A DNA stretch of 64,000 nucleotides from Lama glama (GCA_028534125.1 CM052829.1:1178001-1242000), one strand, 5' to 3'. Shown: positions 25,227-37,244, counted from the first letter of the stretch. The notes: generated from the sequence alone by a model not told the origin. Program-made: numbers and translations.

Positions 25227-25716
25227 TGGCCACAGGGAATGACTGATCTGATTCTGTATTGGATCTGTTTCTGCTGCTTTAACCTTTGAATCTGCTGCTT
25301 TTGCCACAAGTCAATAATGTTGCCTGTAGCCTGAAATAAACAGGGCAGCCCACTCTCCAGGCTCTGATACTTAAGGGTGTAACTCTTTTCCATTCAAATA
25401 GAGATAAAATGCTGCAAAACACAGAATAGCATTTGTCTTGTTGGAATTACAGGAAGATCTTGACCTGACCCAAGCGGACAGCTGCAAGAACAAAGGATTC
25501 TGGCACCAAGAAGTTTACAACCACCAACGCTCCCCTTTTAGTATAAAAGGAGCGTAAATTCTGACTCAGGTAAAATGGTTCTTTGGGACCCTAGTCCCCC
25601 ATCTTCTCAGTCTGCTGACTTTCCAAAAAAAAAGTCACTATTCTTTCCCCAGTACCTTGTCTCCTGACTTATTGGCCTGTTGTGTGGTGAGCAGAACGAG
25701 TTTGGACTCAGTAGCA
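25227..25716 (+). mobile_element. Solo ERV1 LTR, MER41-like cetartiodactyl family (antisense to SMOC2)
   Basis: TG...CA termini and about 490 bp long. TATAAAA at 25542-25548. A-run at the expected poly(A)-signal position (about 25625-25633). 3' end TATTGGCCTG...GAGTTTGGACTCAGTAGCA resembles the MER41_BT-type consensus as I recall it. Possible degraded 4-bp TSD GAGG/GGGG. Confidence 0.7.
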
Positions 25717-27628
25717 GGGGAATGGAGGTGTCGGGGTGGGGAGCCCTTGCGACCGGGAAGGCTGGCTCCGCGCTGTGAGCAGTGGGCTCAGGGACGGAAG
25801 GTGAGGCAGGGGCTGGAGGGGCAGAGAGGCCACACTGTGGCCTCCCCGACACTCCTTGGACCTCTGACCTCATTGCACATGTGCTTTCTGCTTCCACAAA
25901 GCATCACACACCTGACAGAGAGCTCAGGTGCTATGAGGAGACATGACAAATGGGGCTTTCAGAGGAGATGGTCAGCTGTGCTCAGCCGACACCACCAGCG
26001 GGTGCTGGACCATGAAAAGGGCATAAAAGACGGCAGGAGCCAGGAGACGGGGGAGCAGGGCTGGTCCTCCCCTTCACTGCAGGGTCCTGGACACTGTGGG
26101 TCACTCAGAGGAACAGAAGCCCCAGCCCGCAGGGAGTTTAAGTTACACACACAGGTCCTGCCATCCACACACACACCCTGGCTGATCTGCATTGGAATTT
26201 GGGGGTCCCGGAACCAGCACCGCCCGTTCTCTCCAGGCTGACCTGACCCCTCCCCTCCTTTCCTGCAGGGCTCAGACGCCCCGGGGAAGGGGCCCCTGCT
26301 CCCCCTTGCTGGGCCTGTCCTGGGCTCTACCATCTTTGGGGGAGAGAACCACCGAGCGCAGTTCTGTCTGTGCCTGTAAGCCTGCCCCTGCCCCGGGAAA
26401 CGGGCCCGCTCTGGGCAGGGCGAGCCCGAGGCGCTGCTCGCTCCCGGCGCTCACAAGGCATCCCCCCGCCCCCGGCGGAGACGTGCCCAGGAGACGCTCC
26501 AGCGTGGCCGCTCACACGCATTCTCTGACCCTGGTGAAGCGCTGCCAGGAAGGCCCACAGAAACGCCACCCACTCTTAGAGTCGGGGAGAGAAGCGGCCT
26601 GCCTGCGGCTTTACGTGTTCCTCGGGAATTGGCGCTTCGCATCCCTGACAGCTCCTGATCGGAAGGGAAGGCAGGCTCGCCCCAGCGCCCGCTCCCCGGC
26701 GCCCCACTCCCTGGCTCCGGACCCCACACCGACCGGCCCTGGATGATAAACTCGCTCAGAATGCGTCAGAGGAAGCAGCTCTTAATGGCGTCTGGGGTGG
26801 CTATTTAACGAACTTGCCAAGTTTGAGACCAGTATGTCTGGAATAACGTCAGACCGAGAAAACAATGAGTTTATAATGGAAACAGAGACAAAAATCTAAT
26901 TTAGGATTGCTCCAAAGGCATCAGAATGACTCCACGCTCAGAATACTCGGACGTAGCTGACTCTGCGGCGGCTGCCGTGCAGGGCTCCCGCAGAGCGGCA
27001 GCTGCACCCGATCAGATTCCTTGGGAAGCTCGTCGGAAAACCCTGAGGGGCGAGAACGGGTGAGAAGAGCCAACACAGAGCTAGAACCGGAAGATGCGCC
27101 CGACGGACCGGCTGGTCGGAACAGGTCTGCTCAGCTGCCATGTGACTGGGAACAAAAGACTAGGGTTTATACCCTTTTCTGAAAAAAAAAGTTATAGCCA
27201 CATCGTCAGCTTGCTCGTCTAAAGCAAATTTTAACTAACCTGGATTTAACATGCTTAGAATTTTGATCTAATATGTCAAACTACTACCACTTTAAATTGT
27301 AATTCCATTATAGGACCAAATCTTACCGCAGTGGCATCCATTCTAAAGATACCTTGGCCTTTATATTTTGAATGTCATTTTCTGAACAGCAGTTTTCCTT
27401 TGGTTCTGGAAACCTGTCACTTTAAAGTTTGTCCATCACTCATACGACATCTCCCTCCATCTCTGTGCAAAGCTGCACAACACCTTGCACAAGGTGAGAT
27501 CATAAAGCAATGGGAACTGGACTTTTAACAAATCTCCACCAACAGAGATGAAAGTTCAAGTCAGCTGTCGCCAGGAGGTCACTTCTGGTCCCATCCAAGC
27601 ATCCCAGTGGAAGTTAAAAGTGAGCATC

Positions 27629-27703
27629 ATGTGTGAGCATACATGTGTGTGTGCGTTGTGTGTGCATGCACATACGTGTGTGCGTGTGCGTGTGTGTGTG
27701 TAT
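27629..27703. repeat. (TG)n/(CG)-mixed alternating purine-pyrimidine microsatellite
   Basis: TGTGTGTGTGCGTTGTGTGTGCATGCACATACGTGTGTGCGTGTGCGTGTGTGTGTGTAT. Confidence 0.85.
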
Positions 27704-29509
27704 CTCGGAGGATGGTGGCAAGGTCGGGAATATTCTCCTGCGAACAGCAAGCTGAAGCGTCCCCTCCACACACGCTTGCGTTGCTCGGTTTAGATCGGCA
27801 GGAGCCCTATTTTTGCCTCCACAAGAAGCGTTCCCTTTTAAACACACCCTGTAATTCTTCACGCACAAGTAAAATATGGGGAAACATTATTTGGTTTAAA
27901 TAAATTCCAGAAGCAAATTCAGTGTTGGCATGATTTAAAATTCAGACAGATTGATTCAGTAAAAGGGATTCAAGAAGCCAGAAGACTCACTTCTGAACTG
28001 AGGAAATGAGGTCCATCAAAGGAAGAGGATTGAGGGAGAACGTGTGGGCGGCCCGAAAAGAGTTAAAAGTAGCCTTTCAATTTCCTAACAAATCACCATC
28101 CCACAAACTCAAACAGCTTTTCTGCATCTATGTCCAGCCAATAGGATTAAAACATTCCTACAGCTCGTATGTGCTGATATTTTAATTCAAGAATGGAATT
28201 CATGTTTGGTTTAAGTTTTCATTATTTTACTATTAGTGGAAATAATTTTGACCTTTAGATAGTCACGTGCAGCTCTGACTCTGGTGGCAGTCGTCTATGA
28301 GTGGTTTAGGGGTGACTGACCCTATTTTAAAGACGTGTGCGGTGGGTGATGCCATCACAAGACTCCAAGCCAAAGAAGCCACGTTCTAGAAACTTCTCAG
28401 ACAGTCCGGGACTTGGAAACATCCTTTCTTGCCCTTTCCTCTCATCCCACTCTTCACGTGTTTTGGAAACTAACTCCTCCACATCATCTGGGCATCCATA
28501 AAGTTCACGTGCCCAAGTAAACTTGTGATTTTAATAAAATAATGTTGACCTTCTGTCCAGCATTGTCTGTCTCTGGCCTCTCCAGAATTCAGAATCATCC
28601 AGCTTCAACTGGACTTGGGTCAAAGGCCCTGCGTCTCTCAGATACACAGTGGGGATGGCCCGATAGGAGAAATATTTGCAGTGATTTGGGCTGACCCACT
28701 GCAAACTACACGAGATGATCCAGAAGTGTTTCCTGTTGTCAGGGACGAGCTGCCCAGAGTTGCACGGGGTCATCTTTATAAGGGAAGGCATGTTCCCTGC
28801 TCTGTTTTAAGTGGCACATGAACACGCTCTGGCAGACGCAGAAGGCCCCCCTCCACATCCCACCCACTTAGTGTGGGCAGGGAGGTCAAATCCCAAACAC
28901 AGCCTCAGCCCAGACCCCGCTGGCCTCGGCTGCAGTGAGGCTGTGGCCATGGGGTGAGACGCTCCGCTTCCCCAGCGGGGTAAGGCCAGACCTGTATGCC
29001 TGGGCATCAGTGTTTACTCACCCGCAGTCTCAAAACTCTCCCCAGCCTAGTTGTCCACATGACAGTTTTCCCCAATTCAAGGCAGATTTCATCATTTATA
29101 AAACGGGGTCTTGCATCGAGTGATGTCTCAGGTCCCACCAAGTTTTAAAATCTGGCGTCTCCTTTAGCCAATCCCTCGCAGCAGAACGCCCGCAGTGAAC
29201 CACAACGGGAGGCGGGCAGGCGTGCCTCTAAGACGTGAGGGATGCTCTCCACGTGACCTCAGCCCTGGAAGGGGCCCGTCCTCTCTGGAGCCATCTTCTC
29301 TGGGCCACCGCAGTTCACTGGGTCATGTTATTATGACCTTCAAAGGAAGCTTTCCTGCCCCCACCCCCGGAACACTTCACTCTGAAACACAGTTTTACCG
29401 GAAAGGACTGGAGAACCTGGATCCTGGTCTCTTCCTCCTACAAGAACACAGGGAAGCTAAGATTGTCGCCCCAAGCGACACAGAACCCAGGCAGCACGTT
29501 CTGTAGGTG

Positions 29510-30126
29510 TTCTTGTGGGCTGAACGACCCCACACAAAAGTACATATTCCGTCCTAACCCCGGGTACCTGTGAATGTGACCTGTCTGGAAAGAAGGGCTT
29601 TGCAAATGGAATCCATTTAAGATGAGATTGTACCCAATTAGGATGGACCCTAAATCCAATCACTGATCTTAGAGACTGAATTGTGTCCTCCTCAAAATTC
29701 AGATGTGAGGTCCTCACTCCCGTTACCTCAGAATGAGCCCTTATTTGGAATCGGGGCCTTTACAGATGTAATCAGTCACGTGAAACTGAGTCACCCTGAA
29801 GGAGGATGAGCCTTTATGACCAGTGTCCCTATAAAATGGGGGAGTTTGGACACAGACACGCTGCAGGGAGAGCACCACACAGAGACGCAGGCAGAGATGG
29901 GGAGATGCAGCCACAACCCAAGGAAGAGCAAAGACTGAAAATAAACCGTCAGACGCTGACGAGAGGCCTGGAACAGACTCTCCTGCGCAGCCTCAGAACG
30001 AACCAACCCTGCAGACAGCTCGATCTTGGACATCCAGCCTCCAGAACCGCGAGACAGTGAGCGCCTGTCACTTAAGCCACTCGGCTTGTGGACCTTTGTG
30101 ATGACAGCCCCTAGGGCACCGATACA
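29510..30126 (+). mobile_element. ERVL-MaLR MLT1 LTR(s): 5' fragment (about 29510-29665) followed by a near-complete LTR (about 29666-30126)
   Basis: MLT1 hallmarks: GTACCTGTGAATGTGACC, CCCTAAATCCAAT, CTCAGAATG..CCTTATTTGGAA, CAGCCTCCAGAAC, TTAAGCCAC...TTGTG and terminal ATACA. Confidence 0.82.
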
Positions 30127-30978
30127 GACAGGTTGCCTGGCAACAGTAAAGGAGGGAACAGCAAAATGACTTGGCATCATCGCATGGAAACCTTCCCCAG
30201 TCAGAGTAACTGCACGATTTAACTGCTTTACTTACAAAGGTGCATAGAAAGTACTCAAAAGTACTTGGAAGGGAAAAGAGAGCCACATCGATGTCCAGGC
30301 TGGGTGCTGTGCACACGCGTCCTTCAGTCAAGTGGCAGTTTCAAGTCAACACTCTGGTGAATCCTTTTCCATGTGTTAGATGGTCAGGTGCCGGTAAGTC
30401 CTGCCACGCCGTCTACGAAGCGAGCTGTCCAAACACTGGTCTGCACTTGTACACCCTAGAGACAACCTCCGCCCTCAGCCTGATGACAGGGGATCGCGTT
30501 GGGCAATTTGGAAGCTAAAGATGGGCCACTCATGGCTGCCGTGAGCTCATTTAAGTGGCGTCTGCCCTGGACCAGCTGACATCAGAACTGAGTGGCGGGG
30601 GCAGGACTGGCCGGGCCCCAGAGGTGGGGCTGCAGAGCAGAGGGGAAGAGGGTGGGCTCACGTCACTGAGGACAGACGTCACGCACACACAGAGAGGCCC
30701 CTGCAGGGGAGCGGGACTCAAAGCACAGGGACATCTGATGCCCCATCAGCAGGACAAATGGCAGTAAGTCTGCTGCATGTGGCAGAGACGGTGAGCAGCT
30801 GAGATGGACAGAAGGATCCCAGGCTTGAGCGTCAGGATCGGGGACAGGACACGGGAGGTCAGAGGTCAGGACCGGGGACAGGACATGGGACGTCAGGGGC
30901 TGCTTCTCAGGGACGCCTCGGACGCCACCTGAGGTCTCATCACAGACACACAAGCACAGCAGTCCCTGCAGGGGGGCC

Positions 30979-31232
30979 GTGACCTCACGGGGGTGTGTGA
31001 CCTCACGGGGGGAGCAATGTGACCTCACATGGGGGCGTGACCCCGTAGAGGGAAGGATGTGACCTCACACGGGGGGGTGTGACTTCACACAGGGGAGCGT
31101 GACCTCACACAGGGGGTCGTGACCTCACACAGCAAGGTGTGACCTTACATGGAGGGGTGCGACCTCACACGAGGGGGTATGACCTCACACAGGGGAATGT
31201 ATCCTCACACGGGGAGTCATGACCTCATACAT
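30979..31232. repeat. Minisatellite, 13 copies of an approximately 20-bp unit (GTGACCTCACACRGGGGRNN)
   Basis: Unit starts at 30979, 30997, 31019, 31037, 31059, then exactly every 20 bp up to 31219. Confidence 0.93.
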
Positions 31233-33124
31233 GATGAGGAGTCTAGGGGCCACTTGTGTCTCCGCAGCAATGTTCTTTGACCTTCTCAGCCCCCAACCCC
31301 AGCTGCCCAACTTCTGTCTGCTCACGCGTGGTGCATAAGGGGTTAATCACAAATAAATGAATGAATTCGTTAGTTAGAAAAATGAAAAGACAAAATCTCC
31401 ACCTCCAGCATCTGCCCCTCCTGGTCTAGCCACCGCACACCCACAGCTCACCAGGCCCGGCATCGTGGGGCTGTGGCCTGCAGGCCGGGGGGTAACGCCT
31501 GGGTTTATGGTTCTCTTCCAGGAAGGGCAGCTCCATGAAGGCTGAGGTCTCACCCTGGACCCTCACGCTGTACTGAAGTCACACGATGTGGATTTGGAGG
31601 GCAGAGAGCTGGAACCAGGACTATTTTTTTTGTAAAGCGCCGTAGATCCACACCGGCCTGAACGCACTGAACAGGGACTCGGGCAGGTTTGCAATATCAG
31701 CCTTCAGAAGCTGGGGCTGATGCACGGTGAGCCACAGTGGGCCTGGACGGGTCTGCAGCCAACCCCGCTTCGGGGAAAAAGCCACAGAGCAGCTCGGAGA
31801 TGAACGTGATGGAGAACAGCTCCTTCAGACTTAACAGCGTGCCAGTCAAGTTCTGACCTGGGCCACACGCTCCCCGCTAGTCTTTGTGAAGACACAGCAG
31901 AGAGAAGACATAAGCTGTTCTTTAATTCGTCTCTTTTTTCCTCTTTCCATCGCACAGAGACTGCAGGGCTCCCACCAAGCACAACGTGAACAGAGAGACG
32001 TGGGCTGAATCTGTGACTTCTGCTCAGTGGCTTTGATTTCCCGGTCCTGCCGTCCAGCTTGTTTCAGTGACGTTGTGGAGGCAGCGCATTCCCCCAGACT
32101 GGCTGCTCCGTCCACTCTGAGTCAGCCTCTTCCATCTGCTGGGAGCGGCTGGACCAGAGACACCAACAATGACTCCCACGTTAGGAAGGAGCAGACATCA
32201 ATACTTACCAGGTCACAGGCAGGTGCCGTCCAGGAGCATCGGGGTCCAGCCCTGGCCCCAGCCGTCCCCGTGTTCTGTGGCTGAGCCGTGAGGGGCTCCG
32301 GGTGGCTCAGGACAGTGTCAGATAACCCTAGTAGGCGGGGCCCTTTGCCCCTGGAGAGGAGTCACCAGGCTAAGTCTGCTGCTGATGCACAGAAGCCACC
32401 GGCCCTGGGAGAAACAGAGGTGCCTCATGATGCGGTCTAGGAGCACATGTGGCTGTTTGCACACGATGAACTCTACCTAGTAGTGCTGCCGGGGCTCCCA
32501 AGTATAAACCAAGAACGGGACCCTAAACTGCTCCTCAGAGGCAGGGCCACTGTCTGGATAGCAGGGCTCTTCAAAACCAGACCCTGTGCTTCATCAGATG
32601 TTCCTTTTCTGAGCTCAGAGCCACACGGACGTGACAGCACCTGAAACGCCTCAGAGAGACCAGCGCTCTCAACACCTCTGCCGGAGGCAAACCCCTCTGC
32701 CAGCCTTGCCGACCATGGCACCGGCCACGGCACCGGCCACAGGAGACCCGCCCCAGCACGTGGCCTTCATTCCGTTCCCTAAAAACACTCATTTTAAACC
32801 CCCTTCCTATTGTCTCACTGTCACTGAGCATGACCCTAAGGGGCCTTCCAGGGTCAGACCCCCCACCCCACATCCTCTGCTGCAGCTCCCCTCTGAAGCA
32901 CCGGATCACAGTATCTCCCGCAGATTTCCTGAGTCTTTCAGACGCTCAACCACCACCAAAGGGAAGGAACGAGCTACTGATGATGGAGAGCGCGGGGCCC
33001 CCAGACCTCCTGGCCCCCGGGGCTGGGGAGTGTCGACGCCCTGTGACCGCGACATCAACCAGAGAACCTGCCCGAGCTGCTCGCGCACCTGCGCCCCCGC
33101 CCTCACCTGCCTTTGAGGAAGCTT

Positions 33125-33624
33125 NNNNNNNNNNNNNNNNNNNNNNNNNNNNNNNNNNNNNNNNNNNNNNNNNNNNNNNNNNNNNNNNNNNNNNNNNNNN
33201 NNNNNNNNNNNNNNNNNNNNNNNNNNNNNNNNNNNNNNNNNNNNNNNNNNNNNNNNNNNNNNNNNNNNNNNNNNNNNNNNNNNNNNNNNNNNNNNNNNNN
33301 NNNNNNNNNNNNNNNNNNNNNNNNNNNNNNNNNNNNNNNNNNNNNNNNNNNNNNNNNNNNNNNNNNNNNNNNNNNNNNNNNNNNNNNNNNNNNNNNNNNN
33401 NNNNNNNNNNNNNNNNNNNNNNNNNNNNNNNNNNNNNNNNNNNNNNNNNNNNNNNNNNNNNNNNNNNNNNNNNNNNNNNNNNNNNNNNNNNNNNNNNNNN
33501 NNNNNNNNNNNNNNNNNNNNNNNNNNNNNNNNNNNNNNNNNNNNNNNNNNNNNNNNNNNNNNNNNNNNNNNNNNNNNNNNNNNNNNNNNNNNNNNNNNNN
33601 NNNNNNNNNNNNNNNNNNNNNNNN
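33125..33624. other. Assembly gap of exactly 500 N
   Basis: Direct count of N. A round number indicates a fixed-size scaffolding spacer rather than a measured gap. Confidence 0.98.
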
Positions 33625-33789
33625 TAGAGACAAAATCAGAAAAGCACACAAATGTATGCACAGCACTTGCTCACTGCAATGCTATTCTAATAGAAAAAGC
33701 TAATCTGAAGGAAATTAAATGCCCAACAGTAGAGATTTGGGTTAAAAAAAAAGACTCTAATCCATGAATCAGGAAAGTGTTAATTCATT

Positions 33790-34248
33790 AAGAATCAAAC
33801 TGCTGATCTATCCCTCCCCACCTTTCCCCCGGTAACCATACGTTTGTTTTCTATGCCTGTGAGTCTGTTTCTGTTTTATAGAAAGTTCTTTTGTGTCGTG
33901 TTTTTAGATTCCACATACGAGTGGTAGCATATGCTATTTGTCTCTGTCTGACTTACTTCACTTAGAATGACGATCTCCAGGTGCATCCATGCTGCTGCAA
34001 ATGGCATTATTTCATTTTTTATGGCTGAGTAGTATTCCACCATTTGGGATTAGCAGATACAAACTACTATATACAAAATAGATAAACAAGGTGCTACAGT
34101 ACAGCACAGGGAACTGCACTCACTAGCTTGTAATAACCTATAATGAAAAAGAACAAATATGTAGTATAACAGAACAACAACGTCATATACCAGAAACTAA
34201 TACAACATTGTAAATCAACTATACTTCAGTTTAAAAAAAGAATCATAC
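33790..34248 (+). mobile_element. L1 insertion with 5' inversion (twin priming), nested in an older L1ME-like fragment
   Basis: 33801-34040 is antisense L1 ORF2 end/3' UTR. 34041-34240 is the sense 3' terminus with an A tail. Near-identical flanks AAGAATCAAAC (33790-33800) and AAGAATCATAC (34238-34248). Confidence 0.85.
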
Positions 34249-35236
34249 AAAAGATGCAGAAAATATTTTAAATAAAATAATTTAAAATGCAAATGTAGAA
34301 CATGAGCCCAATTTTACATACGCTGTACAGACACATAGATACCCATACCCAGCACAGACGTGCGCAGCCCCCCCAGATGTGAGAGCGCCAGTGCCAGTGC
34401 TGGAGAGTGTCCTCCGTGCTCAGTCTTTGAGCAGCAGCGTCACAGGGGATCAGCGCTGCCTTCATGTGCTCTTTTATTTCAATATTTCAACAGTGAACTC
34501 GAGTTACTTCCTTTTTAAAAAGTCGTGTTTTACACATTTGCTTTTTAAAACACTTAAAACCTACCAAAAAATGTGTAACTCTACATCCACCACCCAAAAA
34601 CCCAAGTATCAACAGTAAATTTTTTTAAAAACATGACTTTTTAAAAGCAATAGCAGAAAGCAAGTCCTCCAAACACCAGCGAAAGCAGAGGATGCGCCCC
34701 ACGTCCTCTGGAAGGAGTCTGGACACCACCTTCTCATCTAACGAGTGGCTGACTATACGTAATGAAAATCGTGGGCTAAAAACATATTTCCATCCTGACT
34801 GTTTGACCCCCCCAAATCTGAAGTGTGGCCAAGACCCTCTTCTGTATTTCCAGCCACGCTCTGCACAGTTTAGGAGACTAAAAACAGAGTAGAAGAGCCT
34901 GGATCAGAAACACCTGGAGTAAAGTCCTGGGTCTGTCCCTTTGCACCTGTGTGCCCCTCTGCACCTGTGAACCGGGACAGCCATGCCTTCTCCAGGGCAC
35001 GGCTGAGACTGTTAATGACACAGAACCACACCCGCCACAGTCACTCAGCAGACACTAGTCATTGTGTCTCAAGATACCTCAAGGTCGCTTTGTCCCCAGC
35101 CGCCCCTCCTCCTGTGTCCACCTTGTCAAGGGTACCAGCCCCACCACAGATGACGTCCAAATGCTGGGAGGGGCCCGGCCACGCCGACAGCCCCAGCCCG
35201 CCCCCTCCCGCCTGCAGCCCCCTCCTCTGGTCGGAG

Positions 35237-35688
35237 CCGGCCCACCTGGTCCCACTGTGCTGCGCAGACTGCGGCTTCTACAAACGGAAGGTTTGTGGTC
35301 ACCGGCGTCAAACAAGTCTGTCGGAGCCACTTTCAACATCTTCACATTTTGCGTCTCCATGTCGCATTTTGGTAATCCTTGCAAAATGTCTAGCTGTTTC
35401 ACTGTTACCACATCTGTGATGGCGACCTGTGACCCGTGCGCGGTGGTGTTGCTACCGACTCACCGGAGGCTCGGCGAGGGTTAGCACTTTTTAGCCATCA
35501 AGTATTTTTAATGAAAGTGTGCACATTGCCTTTTCAGACACAACGGCCTTGCCCACTTAACAGGCGACAGTGTACTACAAACATAACTTCTACAGGCACT
35601 GGAAAATCCAGAACTCTGCGTGCCTCACTTTACAGCGAGATTCTCTTTATTGTGGTGACCCGAACCACGGCATCTCTGACGTGTCCTT
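35237..35688 (+). mobile_element. Tigger1 internal-deletion derivative (non-autonomous TcMar-Tigger DNA transposon)
   Basis: The left part matches the Tigger1 5' end (TACAAACGGAAGGTTTGTGG, CAAGTCTGTCGG, CATTTTGGTAAT). It is joined directly to the Tigger1 3' end (GTTAGCACTTTTTAGC, AAGTATTTTTAA, AAACATAACTT, CTTTATTGTGGTG). TIRs are eroded. Confidence 0.8.
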
Positions 35689-37244
35689 CGCACACAAGCT
35701 GCCCGCCCACAGCCACCCGTGGTCCTCGCCCTCTGCCCCTGGTGTAACCTAAGCCTCCGGCCTGCCTCCTTCCCACAGATGCCTCGTCTCCTCCCCAAGG
35801 CTTCTGTGGATCTCTTGGAGAACCAGCCTTTCGTGTGCACCCCTGCCGGCCGGTGAGATGGTGTCCTCCCCCTGAGCTGCAGGGCGGGGTGGAATGAGAG
35901 GGTCTCTTCATCCGGCATCGCTCGGGGTGCCTGGCACGTGGCAGCCCTTCCGCAGACGTCTCAGGAAGTAGTAAGTAAACGGGTGGCCTCCTTCTACATC
36001 CATGGGGAGAGGAAGGAAGACCCTAGAGTGCGAGGCTTACCCGCACGCCGCCCCTGCATGCCACCCCTGGAGCGTCTCCGGATCTGATGGGAGCAGCATC
36101 GTGTTCACAGAGGGGGCAAGAATTTAACAAGTCACCAGTGACAGAGCCAGGATGGGTGCAGCCTCTCTGGTTCCAGTCTCCGTCCTAAAACAGGAACCAT
36201 CTGACGAAATTCCGGACCACAAGTGTCGGCTCGATTCACAGTAACCGAATCTGAAATTAGTCACCTCTGTCCTCCTCCTCTTCTCTTTGTTCTTGAAAGA
36301 TGCATCTGGGACCTTGGTCCTAAGACTAGAAGCTAGTGTTCTCTGTCATCAGCAGGACAGTAAGTACCATTTAAAACATCCCAACAGCTGTGAAATCGTC
36401 GTCACAGCCTGCCCACATCCACGGGCTAGGAGTTGAATACACCCCAGGGGCTGAGGAGCGATGTAGCTGATACCCTGCCACTTGCTCCACATCTTCTAAG
36501 CCCAACAGCAGCAACAGTAGCTGCCACTTCCTGTGCCGCCACCCTGGGCTGGTCACGGTCCTCTACAGCCCATACAGATGACGCCCCCAGAGCTGTGCAG
36601 TGTGCAACCTGTGCAGCTGTGCTCAGTCATCTCGGCCGTGGAGATGAAGGGGGCAGTTGTACGTGCATCTAGAGTTTGGCTGGACGGACAAATGTGAAAA
36701 TCACTGGGGTACAGATGGTGTTGAAAGACACGGATGGAGCGGCATCATGAGGAGTGAGGGTGTGCGGAGAGGGCAGAGGGCCACGACCTGGCACAAGATG
36801 CATGGGCAGAGAGAGCTTGGCATGGGAGAGGGCGCCTGGAGGGGAGGATGGAGAGGACCAGGCAGCACCGGGACAAAATCCAGGAGAGGGTGGCGGCCAC
36901 AGAGCCTGGGGGGAGTTTCACAATGAGGAAGCCGCGCGCGCTCACAGAACGTGCCCCAGAGCCGCAGCTAAATCAGGACGCAGGGTCTTGTGGGGCCCTT
37001 AAGCTGCACCCTCCCTGGGGCACAAACAGACAGAGCGGGTACTCAGGACACGTGTGTCCACCTGGGCATATGGGCCGGGCTCAGGCCACCCACCGCCCAG
37101 CACGAGCCTGCCTTCCCCGTCCTAGGGCCAGCACCAGCATCGTGGGGAAAAGGACACCACCAGTCTGCGGGGGTGGGGCCCTCGGGATGAAGGCACGGGG
37201 CACCTGAACCCTGGCCCAGCCTGTGCACCAGGACAGCGGGTGGC

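Noticed and set aside
30979-31232. CRISPR-like repeat/spacer appearance of the 20-bp array
   Set aside because: Eukaryotic context, no cas genes and no unique spacers. It is a degenerate minisatellite.
32830-33703. ORFs running through the N block
   Set aside because: Artefacts of translating the assembly gap.
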